This document shows, piece by piece, positions 18,874-28,334 of a stretch of DNA of 64,000 nucleotides. Every line of letters begins with the position of its first letter. Positions within the stretch are counted from its first letter, which is position 1. Location of the stretch: positions 128,001 through 192,000 of the forward strand of contig JAVZNE010000001.1 of the NCBI GenBank assembly GCA_038882975.1. The letters run 5' to 3'. A model generated the notes under the pieces. It had not been told where the DNA came from, did not search any database, and worked only from the letters and a program-made list of their open reading frames with translations. This DNA is from Candidatus Bathyarchaeia archaeon (GTDB lineage: Archaea > Thermoproteota > Bathyarchaeia > Bathyarchaeales > Bathycorpusculaceae). A program made the translations under genes and the position numbers.

Positions 18874-19260
18874 ACGAAGAAGAGGGAAGATTCCACAGAA
18901 AACAAAAGCCACACATGCCCAAATCCCTTATGCGGGAAAAACTTCGTAAACCCAATAACGGTTGAAAACGTTGGAAACGGCGCTGTCTATGAGGCATGCC
19001 CCTACTGCCTAACAGAAATAACAGTTGAAAAACCAGTCCTCATATCCGCCACCGAGCAAAAAACTCTGAAAGAAGAAATCAGAGCTGAGGAAAAACCACT
19101 GGCGAAGAAAGAACATGCCATTCAGATTGTTCCAGAGAAAACTGAATGTAAACATTATTTTGGGTATTTGAGCCAGCGCTCATCAAAAGAGAGCGTTCCA
19201 GAAGAGTGTATTGTCTGCGAAAAAATAGTGCAGTGCATGCTAAAAACCGTAACAGGGTAG
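18874..19260 (+). CDS. Cys/His-rich zinc-finger protein missed by ORF track (no ATG/GTG/TTG before the first motif; possible ACG start)
   Basis: Open frame 18871-19260: ..TCPNPLCGKNF..ACPYCLTE..CKHYFGYL..PEECIVCEKIVQC; paralogue of 11816-12196; GGAGG at 18861-65. Confidence 0.7.
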   Translation, partial: TKKREDSTENKSHTCPNPLCGKNFVNPITVENVGNGAVYEACPYCLTEITVEKPVLISATEQKTLKEEIRAEEKPLAKKEHAIQIVPEKTECKHYFGYLSQRSSKESVPEECIVCEKIVQCMLKTVTG

Positions 19261-19335
19261 GTTGTTTGCCAATGATACACACACCTTCTTTTAAACATTC
19301 TAAACACCTTTAAAGATGAGTAGGAGACTCCATAA

Positions 19336-19707
19336 TTGTCAGCGGTTCTTCAGAAAAAGGCTCCAGGCGTCGTTACCCCAGCGGCACAGATGAAGAGGCT
19401 TAACGCCGAATCAGTCACAACCATCGCAACAAGCTTCCTCAAAAGGATAGGTCACAAGGGGGGCGTAAAGCCGAAAAGAGTTTCATTGGAAGAGGGAATA
19501 TACACCGTCGAGGTGGAAATGAAGAAGCTCACAGCCGTAATCCACGTGGACGCCGAAACTCAGGAGATAACATCATATGAGATTCAGCCAAAAGGCGAAG
19601 AGGGAGCCCTCACATCTTTCTCGCCAAAAATAATTCTGCTGATTTTCGTTATAGCTGCGGTAATTAACGTTGCTTTACACTTCGCATTTAAAATGTTGGG
19701 ATTGTAA
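19336..19707 (+). CDS. Hypothetical protein, PepSY-like beta domain with C-terminal TM helix
   Basis: YTVEV..VIHVDAETQEI pattern, hydrophobic C-terminus, SD upstream. Confidence 0.6.
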   Translation: MSAVLQKKAPGVVTPAAQMKRLNAESVTTIATSFLKRIGHKGGVKPKRVSLEEGIYTVEVEMKKLTAVIHVDAETQEITSYEIQPKGEEGALTSFSPKIILLIFVIAAVINVALHFAFKMLGL

Positions 19708-19711
19708 GGCA

Positions 19712-20077
19712 CTACTTTTTGGTTTTGCCCTTTCCCTTCTCCTCTTTCTTCTCTTCTGTTTCAGCAGCCTCTGTAGACTCTTTAGCAGCTTCCTCTTTCT
19801 TCTCCTCTTCTTCGATCTCGCTTGTTATCTCTTCTATGGGTTTTGGCGGAGGCGTCGTAGCCATCGTCCAGCCAATCCAGGCGCCAATACCCATTATGGC
19901 TATGAAGGCTATAAACACTGGAATTGCAATGAGCCAAAATCGAACATTGTCTGTCGTACCCCCTAAGCCTAAATTAACAATCCAATCTGGATAGAACAGC
20001 GTTATTACGTAGAATATTGCTATTATGAGGCATATGATGAATATTGCTCCCCCTATTGATTGATCTTTGCTTACCAT
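19712..20077 (-). CDS. Conserved archaeal small membrane protein with acidic tail
   Basis: SKDQSIG, WIGWTMATTPPPKPIEE. Confidence 0.75.
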   Translation of the reverse strand: MVSKDQSIGGAIFIICLIIAIFYVITLFYPDWIVNLGLGGTTDNVRFWLIAIPVFIAFIAIMGIGAWIGWTMATTPPPKPIEEITSEIEEEEKKEEAAKESTEAAETEEKKEEKGKGKTKK

Positions 20078-20155
20078 TTACATATCACCACACAAAGCCT
20101 TGTTTATTGTTTATTTTCCTTTTAAAGTTTACCATGTAATACGATATATAAGATG

Positions 20156-21412
20156 TTAAGTTGTGCCCATCTCCCATTCCGTCAAATACTTTTTCTGCTC
20201 CTCTGTCAGCTCATCTATTTTTACGCCGATTGCCTCAAGTTTAAGCCTCGCTACAGCTTCGTCTATTTCCCTCGGAACTGGATACACTTTAGGCCGCATC
20301 CTCTCGCCTTTAACAAGGTATTCGACGCTTAAGGCTTGATTTGCAAAGGACATATCCATAACTTCGGACGGATGTCCCTCAGCAGCCGCCAGGTTTACAA
20401 GTCTCCCTTCGGCTAGCAAATAAAGCCTCCTACCATCTTTTAACACGTATTCGCCAAGGTTTGGTCTAACAGCCCTTTTCGAGGCTGCCAGTTCTTCAAG
20501 GTCTTTTAGGCTTATTTCAACGTTGAAGTGGCCACTGTTGGCGAGGATGGCCCCATCCCGCATCTTCTCCATATGCTCTTTCCTAATGACGTTTATGTCG
20601 CCAGTTGTTGTTAGGAAAATGTCACCTATCTTGGCTGCCTCGCTTATGGGCATTACTCGGAAACCATCCATGACAGCTTCAAGAGCCCTTAAGGGGTTTA
20701 CTTCCGTCACTACGACGTTAGCGCCCATCCCTCTTGCCCGCATTGCTACACCTCTGCCACACCAACCATAGCCACAGACAACAAAGTTTTTACCAGCCAA
20801 GAGAATGTTTGTCGCTCTTAAAATGCCGTCTATTGTGCTTTGCCCAGTTCCATAACGGTTGTCGAACAAATATTTTGTGTAGGCGTCGTTAACCGCTATT
20901 ATCGCGTATTTTAGGGTTCCAGACCTTTCCATGGCCCTAAGCCTCAAAACGCCTGTTGTTGTCTCTTCAGTGCCTCCTTTAACATTTGGTAATGCGTCTG
21001 TTCTTTTGCTGTGGATTGTGCTTACTAAGTCTGCCCCGTCGTCCAATGTTATTAGGGGTTTTTGGTCTATGACCCTTTCAATGCACCAGTAGTATTCGTC
21101 TGTTGTTTGACCACGCCACGCGTAAACGTGAACACCCTTCTCCGCTAGTGCTGCCGCAACCTCATCTTGTGTTGAAAGCGGGTTAGAGCCGCAAAGAGCA
21201 ACTTTCGCGCCTCCAGCTAGGAAAACGTCAACCAGCACTGCTGTCTCCTTTGTTACGTGTAAGCATGCGCCGAGCACAACGCCTTTTAAGGGTTTTTCCT
21301 CGCTGAACCTTTTCCTAATCTGGTTTAGAACAGGCATGTGTCTTGAAGCCCATTCTATTTGCAGAACTCCTTTCGGTGCTAGGCTTTCATCCTTAACTTT
21401 AAAGTTTGCCAT
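20156..21412 (-). CDS. ahcY: Adenosylhomocysteinase
   Basis: [35 protein letters not shown]. Confidence 0.98.
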   Translation of the reverse strand: MANFKVKDESLAPKGVLQIEWASRHMPVLNQIRKRFSEEKPLKGVVLGACLHVTKETAVLVDVFLAGGAKVALCGSNPLSTQDEVAAALAEKGVHVYAWRGQTTDEYYWCIERVIDQKPLITLDDGADLVSTIHSKRTDALPNVKGGTEETTTGVLRLRAMERSGTLKYAIIAVNDAYTKYLFDNRYGTGQSTIDGILRATNILLAGKNFVVCGYGWCGRGVAMRARGMGANVVVTEVNPLRALEAVMDGFRVMPISEAAKIGDIFLTTTGDINVIRKEHMEKMRDGAILANSGHFNVEISLKDLEELAASKRAVRPNLGEYVLKDGRRLYLLAEGRLVNLAAAEGHPSEVMDMSFANQALSVEYLVKGERMRPKVYPVPREIDEAVARLKLEAIGVKIDELTEEQKKYLTEWEMGTT

Positions 21413-21447
21413 TAAATCGCCTTCCGCTATGCCATTTCCACCAACAA

Positions 21448-22833
21448 TTATTTAACGTTGCGCCTAAGCCTTTCCAAAAGGCTATTTTTGGCTTTCTCCA
21501 CCATTTCCATAACCTTCTCAATATTTAATGTTGTTAGGCGTCTGTTTTCCATCACTATTTTTCCGTTTATTATGACGGTTTCAACATCCGCCGATTTTGC
21601 AGTATAAACAAGATGGCTAAACTCATTATAGAGTGGGCATAGATGCGGCTTATCAAAGTTTATGATGGCTAAATCAGCCTTTTTCCCCACTTCTATTGAG
21701 CCTATCTCATTCTCCCAGCAAAGAGCCCTAGCCCCATCCAAAGTTGCCATTTTCAAAACTTGCTGGGCAGACATTACTGTCGGATTTCCGCTTACCCCTT
21801 TATGGAGTATGGCTGCCACCTTCATAACCTCAAACATGTCCGCAGCATTATTGGAACATGGACTGTCTGTGCCAAGCGAGACCGTTACGCCTTGTTCCAG
21901 CATTTTTGGAACGGGACTTATGCCTGAAGCAAGCTTAAGATTTGAAATTGGGTTGTGGGAGACCTTAACGCCTCTGGCTTTCATTAACGCCATATCATCG
22001 TTCGTTAGTGCCACACAGTGCGCTGCGATAACACGCTCGTCTAAAACGCCCAAAGAGTCCAAATACTCCATTATGCCGCCTTTAACATCAACATTGAAGG
22101 CTTTCCGTATCTTGTCAGCCTCGTCAAATGTTTCTGCCACATGAATGTGCCACATAATTGGCGCCTTTTCAGAACCATACTTCCCATCGAGTTCCTCGCG
22201 TAAAGCCTTCAGCTCCTTCATATATTCTGGGTCAACGGTGTAAGGCGCGTGGGGGTCAACACTTACGCGGATAAGCCCCCCAGCCTTATTATGCCAGTTT
22301 TTGGCTAAGTCTTCCAACGCTCTTCTATCCTCATCCTTCCTCCATGAAAAGCAAACATGCCCAACAACGCCTCTGACACCAGCATCTACAAAAGCTTTCG
22401 CCTCATTCTCCCCTGGCATGTAATGGTACATCGTGTTAACGGTTGTTGTACCGCCCATTATGGATTCTACAGCCGTCAGCAAGCTGCCAACATAAATGTC
22501 TTCAGCGGTCATCAACGCTTCTATGGGCCATATCCATTTTTCAAGCCACTCTTGAAGGGGTAAATCGTCGGCATAACCCCTCAAAAGGCTCATGGCTGCA
22601 TGTTGGTGAGTGTTTATAAGCCCTGGAATCACAACCTTTCCTTTGGCGTTTATCTTCTCATAGCCAATTGCATATTTACGAAGTATCGGCTCAGTTTTCC
22701 CAACATCAACTATTGTCCCGTTTTCTATAGCTATGGCACCGTCGCGAATTATTTCATCCCTTCGCATCGTGACTACGGTTCCGCTGTGGATTAGAATGTT
22801 CAATTTTAGTATCCCCTCCGCCTTTTTGAACAT
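21448..22833 (-). CDS. mtaD: 5'-methylthioadenosine/SAH deaminase (amidohydrolase)
   Basis: [24 protein letters not shown]; adjacent to ahcY. Confidence 0.82.
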   Translation of the reverse strand: MFKKAEGILKLNILIHSGTVVTMRRDEIIRDGAIAIENGTIVDVGKTEPILRKYAIGYEKINAKGKVVIPGLINTHQHAAMSLLRGYADDLPLQEWLEKWIWPIEALMTAEDIYVGSLLTAVESIMGGTTTVNTMYHYMPGENEAKAFVDAGVRGVVGHVCFSWRKDEDRRALEDLAKNWHNKAGGLIRVSVDPHAPYTVDPEYMKELKALREELDGKYGSEKAPIMWHIHVAETFDEADKIRKAFNVDVKGGIMEYLDSLGVLDERVIAAHCVALTNDDMALMKARGVKVSHNPISNLKLASGISPVPKMLEQGVTVSLGTDSPCSNNAADMFEVMKVAAILHKGVSGNPTVMSAQQVLKMATLDGARALCWENEIGSIEVGKKADLAIINFDKPHLCPLYNEFSHLVYTAKSADVETVIINGKIVMENRRLTTLNIEKVMEMVEKAKNSLLERLRRNVK

Positions 22834-23000
22834 GCAACTATTAGGAGGGTTATGCCAGCCGTGAAAAATATTGCCTCAAAAAACTCGTGATGAAGCATGT
22901 CAGCCAAGTCGAAAGGTCTCTGCCAGAAAATGATATGATGAATGATTAGCAAGAGCCCAACGGCGATTAAAAATGCACCTATGGCTTCTGTTTTATCCAT
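22806..23000 (-). CDS. Small His-rich membrane protein
   Basis: Two TM segments with IHH and LHHE. Confidence 0.6.
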   Translation of the reverse strand: MDKTEAIGAFLIAVGLLLIIHHIIFWQRPFDLADMLHHEFFEAIFFTAGITLLIVACSKRRRGY

Positions 23001-23151
23001 AAACCTTCACATTGCCAGTCCTAAACGTGTTTAGTTTTGCATTCTAAAGAACTTTTAAACTTTCTTGCTCCGCCACTCATGTCAAGCGTGTTTTCGCTAA
23101 ACTTATAATGCGTATCAGCCTCTATGTTCTGCTGGACAATGAGGGAAAGTT

Positions 23152-23742
23152 TTGCCAAACACACAAAAGTTTCGTGTAATAAAGCCTGAAATCCGCGTTT
23201 TAGGAGTTGACGATGGAATATTTAAACCCCACACAAAAGGCTTAGTGCCTGTTGTTGGCGTTGTTTTCCGTGGCGGATACTGGCTAGACGGGGTTATGCA
23301 CACAAAAGTTAGGGTTGACGGATTTGAAGCCACAAGAAAAATAGCATCCATGATAAAGGGTTCCCCCCACTATGAGCAGTTGAGAGTTATAATGCTTAAC
23401 GGCGTAACCATCGCGGGCTTCAATGTAGTAGACATTAAAAGGCTTAACGCGGACACTGAACTCCCGGTAATAGCCGTTACACGGGATAAACCAAACTTTG
23501 ACGAAATCTACGAAGCCCTAAAAAAGCTTCCAAAAAGCGAGGAGCGTTGGAAAGCCATACTTAACGCTGGCGAACTTTACGAAGTGCCTATACGGGGCGG
23601 GAAAGGCAAGATTTACATGCAAACAGCGGGTATTTCGGAAGAAGATGCGAGAAAAATTCTGCAGTTGACATCGACCCGGAGCTACATACCCGAGGCACTC
23701 CGCGTTGCACACTTGATTGCATCAGGGCTTAGCACGATATAG
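23152..23742 (+). CDS. DUF99 family protein (endonuclease V-like fold)
   Basis: RVLGVDDG, VDGFEAT, GFNVVD, PEALRVAH. Confidence 0.88.
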   Translation: MPNTQKFRVIKPEIRVLGVDDGIFKPHTKGLVPVVGVVFRGGYWLDGVMHTKVRVDGFEATRKIASMIKGSPHYEQLRVIMLNGVTIAGFNVVDIKRLNADTELPVIAVTRDKPNFDEIYEALKKLPKSEERWKAILNAGELYEVPIRGGKGKIYMQTAGISEEDARKILQLTSTRSYIPEALRVAHLIASGLSTI

Positions 23743-23822
23743 CACTAATCCTAATTGTCAAAAGAAAAAGTTTAAAAGACACCAAAGCATGGGAAAACAA
23801 ACGGAAACCGGAGTTCAAAACA

Positions 23823-24176
23823 ATGGAATTTTGCCCAAAATGCGGAACCCGCCTCGTGCCAAAGAAGGCAAAATCTGAGAAAAAGGAATCTCTTACGCTT
23901 GTCTGCCCAAAATGCGGCTACAAAAAGCGCATAGTAAGCGAAAAAGCCACACCAAAAGTTGCAAAAATCATCCAGCACAACCCACAACAACAAGTCGCCG
24001 TAATAAGCAAGGAAGAACAAAAACTCAGAACCCTCCCAACGGTCCGAATCGAATGCCCAAAATGCGGAAACAACACGGCTTATGTATGGCAAGTGCAAAC
24101 TCGCGGGGCGGATGAATCCTCAACCCAGTTCCTCCGCTGCACAAAATGTGGCTACACATTCAGAGAATATTCATAA
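23823..24176 (+). CDS. tfs: Transcription factor S (TFS)
   Basis: FCPKCG, CPKCG..QTRGADE..FLRCTKC. Confidence 0.93.
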   Translation: MEFCPKCGTRLVPKKAKSEKKESLTLVCPKCGYKKRIVSEKATPKVAKIIQHNPQQQVAVISKEEQKLRTLPTVRIECPKCGNNTAYVWQVQTRGADESSTQFLRCTKCGYTFREYS

Positions 24177-24202
24177 ACATTTTAGAAATTATATCAGCAA
24201 TT

Positions 24203-24382
24203 CTACCCCATAAATCGCCATGACACTTCCAAGCACTAGAAGCACAATCGCAATAGGAATTGATAGAACGCCAAGGTCTGGAAAACTATATAGTTTCAAA
24301 TACCAAATGACAATGCTCAATACTACCAAGATTACGCCAACAAGAGTGATGACAACTCCTTTTGGATTTTGGTGAAATCCAT
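24203..24382 (-). pseudogene. Frameshifted two-TM small membrane protein
   Basis: Frame NPKGVVITLVGVILVVLSIVIWY..IPIAIVLLVLGSVMAIYG* has no start; the ATG at 24382 joins it if one A is added to an A4 run. Confidence 0.45.
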
Positions 24383-24401
24383 ACTTATACTATTATTAAA
24401 T

Positions 24402-24896
24402 TTATTCAGATAGAAACTTGCTGTAAATGATAAGGTCCAAGCCGTGGAAGTGTTTTCTTAGAAAACCTTCGGGAACAAAACCCTTTTTAATGTAAAGTCT
24501 TATGGCTGGCAAAAGCCTCGTAGAAGTGTAAAGCCAAACCTTTTGAGCACCCCTAATTCTCGCCTCTTCAATAAACCTTTCAAGCAAGCTTTCTCCAACC
24601 TTTCTACCTCTATATTCCTTTCTCACACCCAAAAAGCCTAGAAGAGCTACGCCAGTGTGAACCCTCCCTTGCGCAATCCCTACGACCTCCCCATTTTCAT
24701 ATGCAACCAAAAAGATCATGCTTTTATCTTCCATCTGCTGCCTTAGCCTTTCCCTTGCCTCTGGTTTTAACAGCTCTTCTAGTTCGGAGTTCACAGCTAA
24801 GCTCGGCAGGTATTCATTCAGGCTTTTCCATACATCAATAAGACACCCCATTAACTTGTCAACGTCCTTGGTTGAGGCAGGCAAGACTTTAAGCAT
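24402..24896 (-). CDS. GNAT family N-acetyltransferase
   Basis: LGVRKEYRGRKVG, AIRLYIKKGF. Confidence 0.92.
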   Translation of the reverse strand: MLKVLPASTKDVDKLMGCLIDVWKSLNEYLPSLAVNSELEELLKPEARERLRQQMEDKSMIFLVAYENGEVVGIAQGRVHTGVALLGFLGVRKEYRGRKVGESLLERFIEEARIRGAQKVWLYTSTRLLPAIRLYIKKGFVPEGFLRKHFHGLDLIIYSKFLSE

Positions 24897-25012
24897 AATC
24901 TCACCTCAACACTCTAATGTTTAACATAAGATATTAATTTTAAACCACAAGGCTAAAGCGTGCAAATCTTTTATAGCTCTCAAGTCATATCCAAATTAAA
25001 AGGTGAAGTTGA

Positions 25013-25768
25013 GTGTTTAAGCTCAAGGTTTCAGACGCCAAGCTTCTAAGGGACATGGCAACAGCCATATCCATCCTCGTCGACGAAGCAACATTCCAAA
25101 TAACGCCGGAAGCCTTAAAGCTTAGGGCAATGGACCCATCCCGCGTCGCCATGGTAGACTTCGAGTGGCCAAAAACAGTTTTCGAAGAGTACGTCTGCAC
25201 AGAACCAACCAAGATGTGCATAAACATAGGCGAGCTGTTAAAACTTCTGAAAAGAGCGGGGAAGGACGAGGTTATTGAGCTAGCCCTTGATGAAAAAACG
25301 GGACGCTTGCAGGTAAAAATAACTGGGAAATATACGCGGAACTTTACAATGCCAACCCTTGAAGCATCAGAAGAAGAGGTACCGACACCAAAAATAACAT
25401 TTAATGTCAGAGCAAAGGCAACAACAGATGGCTTACGTCAAGCAGTGGAAGACGCCGAACTTGTAAGTGACCACGTCCGCATAGAGGCGGATAGCGAAAA
25501 ACTGGTTTTCCAAGCCGCAGGCGACCTCATGGGCGCCACAATAGAGCTGAGAAAAGGAAGCGACGCTCTACTAGACTTGGAAGCAAAAGAACCATCAAAG
25601 GCTACATTCAGCCTAAGCTACCTCTCAGAAATAATTAAGGCGGCGTCAGCCACATCAGACATAGCAACCCTAGAATTCTCAACAGACATGCCAATAAAAA
25701 TAGACTTTCAACAGGCAAAAGAGGGAAAACTAACCTTCTACCTGGCGCCAAGAATAGAAACAGCCTAA
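25013..25768 (+). CDS. pcn: DNA polymerase sliding clamp PCNA
   Basis: RAMDPSRVAM, FYLAPRIE. Confidence 0.97.
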   Translation: MFKLKVSDAKLLRDMATAISILVDEATFQITPEALKLRAMDPSRVAMVDFEWPKTVFEEYVCTEPTKMCINIGELLKLLKRAGKDEVIELALDEKTGRLQVKITGKYTRNFTMPTLEASEEEVPTPKITFNVRAKATTDGLRQAVEDAELVSDHVRIEADSEKLVFQAAGDLMGATIELRKGSDALLDLEAKEPSKATFSLSYLSEIIKAASATSDIATLEFSTDMPIKIDFQQAKEGKLTFYLAPRIETA

Positions 25769-25778
25769 CAGTGGAAAA

Positions 25779-26807
25779 ATGCAACTCGCAACGGTCAAGT
25801 TCACAAAGAATGACTTGGCTAAATATCCATTCCTAAAAGAGGCAGTGGAATACGTAAAAACCCTAGACCTAAAAATTGAAGATTTGGCTAGCCCAGAATT
25901 CACCCAAATTCTAGAACGCGCAAAAGAAAGAGTTGAAGAAGCAATCTTATATACCATAGTAACTAGGAAAACCAAAAACGAGGAAGTGGAAATCCTATCG
26001 TTCCCAACAGCAATAATGCTCGCAGCAGCCACCCAAAACCCATTCACAAAAAGAAGATACGCCCTAGCAGAAGCAAAACAAGCCTATAACAACATGAAAA
26101 ATGAACCTCCAGAAAAAATTTTGACGATAGCAAATAACTTCCAATGGAAAATTGCAGTAAACACAGACATGGAAAAGCCATACCAGTTTAAGCTCCATTT
26201 CACCGACTACCTTAAAAACACAACAAATTTGCGAGAAAAGAAATGGAAACTGGTAAACCGCATACTAAAAAATGGAAACGTCTACCTAACATTAAACGAA
26301 ACCGCAAGACTCCTAAGCGAAGAGATCAGAAAGCATATAGAAAAACGCTTGGAAATAAAGGATTTACCGGAACTCCCACAAAAAATAACGGAGATAGTTG
26401 AAAAAATTAAGAGTTTGACACTTGAAAAGGTTAGCAAAGCAGAAATAGAGGGCATCCCAAAAACCTTAAAGAAGGAAGCTTTTCCACCGTGCATAAAAGC
26501 GCTTTATGATGCCGCCTCAAAAGGACGCCACATATCCCACATAGGCAGATTCACCCTAACATCCTTCCTCGTGAACACAGGAATACCCGCCGAAAACATA
26601 ATCGAACTCTTCAGAAACTCCTCAGACTTCAACGAACGCCTAACCAGATACCAAGTAGAACACATAGCCGGCGAAAGAGGCTCAAGAACCAGATACAAAC
26701 CACCAAAATGCGAAACCCTCAAAACACATGGACTATGCACGGAACCAGACGAAACATGCGGAAAAGTAAGCCACCCCCTAACATACTACAAAAGAAAGGA
26801 GCATTAA
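25779..26807 (+). CDS. priL: DNA primase large subunit
   Basis: AKYPF, FPPCI, YQVEHIAG, PPKCETL..C..C Fe-S domain. Confidence 0.95.
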   Translation: MQLATVKFTKNDLAKYPFLKEAVEYVKTLDLKIEDLASPEFTQILERAKERVEEAILYTIVTRKTKNEEVEILSFPTAIMLAAATQNPFTKRRYALAEAKQAYNNMKNEPPEKILTIANNFQWKIAVNTDMEKPYQFKLHFTDYLKNTTNLREKKWKLVNRILKNGNVYLTLNETARLLSEEIRKHIEKRLEIKDLPELPQKITEIVEKIKSLTLEKVSKAEIEGIPKTLKKEAFPPCIKALYDAASKGRHISHIGRFTLTSFLVNTGIPAENIIELFRNSSDFNERLTRYQVEHIAGERGSRTRYKPPKCETLKTHGLCTEPDETCGKVSHPLTYYKRKEH

Positions 26808-26902
26808 TTTTGGTATCTTTCCCTTAACGCACGCTACAAAGCTTCTATAAGTCACCATCAACGATAAGACCCCGATAATTTTGATTTTTACCATAAAAAT
26901 CA

Positions 26903-28045
26903 TTAATTTACATAACTTCTCTTTACATTTTCCAGAACTTCTTTAAATATTTTTGCAGACGTATCCCAAGAAAATCTTGTCGCGTGCTCAAACGCATTCG
27001 CTGAAAGTTGTCTCCTCAATTCCGTATCTGCAATTATCCTTCGCATATTTTCCGCTAAAGCTCTTATATCACCAAATTTGTATTTTAATCCATTATACCC
27101 ATTTTTAACAACATCCTCTGGCACACCCTCGGTAGCAATTACTGGAGTGCCAAGCATATTTGCCTCAACAGACACTATGCTGAACCCTTCTACTGGAGAG
27201 GTCACAATTAATGCGATAGCACTCGATAGTAATTGCACCTTTTCTTCTTCACTTATGTCCAATCTTATAGAAACATGGTCTTGAAGCTTATAGTCTGCAA
27301 TTAATTTCTGTAGTTCTGCATAATATCTGTCCTCGCCTCTGCGACCAGCTATAATCAGAAAACAAGTTTCATCGTCATCCCTCAATTTTTTTAATGCCTC
27401 TATAGCGTGATGATAGGCCTTGTACTTTCTAATCTTTCCCAAAACCAGAAAGTATGGTTCTTTCCCTCTTGCAAATTCGCTTCGCACATTTTTTGAAGGT
27501 ACAGAAGTGACGGTGTTGGCCGCGGCTGGAACTATGTGGACTTTATATATCGGAAATCCAACTTCCAAAAACTCCTTCGCTCTTTCTCGCGAAGGAACAA
27601 TAATATTATGCTTTTTACGGGTTAGAGAAACATAGACTTTTTCTAGTAATAGGAGCGCTAGTGCTATTGGATAGGGAAACTGGTTAAAATAAATTAATTT
27701 TCCAAGTTGGTGCCACATTATAACAATAGGTTCTTTAACGTAAAGAAAGGCAAAGAATGGCCCAGCAGGTCCTTCCGCCTCCTCAATAACCACATCATAC
27801 CGCCCTATAAGTGACTTATAGTAGAACAAAAAATTTGAGAGTATTCTAAAGATTCCGCCACGTATTCTAATAATTTGTATGCCATGAAGTTTTTCATAAT
27901 TTTTACATCCTGAATATCTGCTACACAACATTGTCACTTTGTGTCCGCTTTGAGCTAGCCTTTTCGCTATTTCGAAATGATATACATCGCCACCTGCCCA
28001 CTTTGGGTGTGTAATATCTCTGCTTGTCATAAACAGTATTTTCAT
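26903..28045 (-). CDS. Glycosyltransferase family 4
   Basis: AGGD, LGKIRKYKA, EGFSIVSVEA. Confidence 0.92.
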   Translation of the reverse strand: MKILFMTSRDITHPKWAGGDVYHFEIAKRLAQSGHKVTMLCSRYSGCKNYEKLHGIQIIRIRGGIFRILSNFLFYYKSLIGRYDVVIEEAEGPAGPFFAFLYVKEPIVIMWHQLGKLIYFNQFPYPIALALLLLEKVYVSLTRKKHNIIVPSRERAKEFLEVGFPIYKVHIVPAAANTVTSVPSKNVRSEFARGKEPYFLVLGKIRKYKAYHHAIEALKKLRDDDETCFLIIAGRRGEDRYYAELQKLIADYKLQDHVSIRLDISEEEKVQLLSSAIALIVTSPVEGFSIVSVEANMLGTPVIATEGVPEDVVKNGYNGLKYKFGDIRALAENMRRIIADTELRRQLSANAFEHATRFSWDTSAKIFKEVLENVKRSYVN

Positions 28046-28334
28046 AGCTTCAAACCATTCACGACTAATGCTAATAATGTTTTAAATTTAAGTCTAACCT
28101 TTTTTCTTTCCCAAAAACCTCAACAATATCCCAAAAACACCACTATAAATCTCAATCTGTCGAAACAATCAATACACTAACCACAAACTAACGAAAATCA
28201 AAGTTTAAGAAGGCTTATGCAGTTAAAGCTTGCCTTGTGTCAAGAGCTAAAACCCATAACCTATTACTTTCAAGGATCTATGTTGATTTTTACGTTATTA
28301 TGCTATCTAAAACAAAAGCTAGCATTGGCCTATT

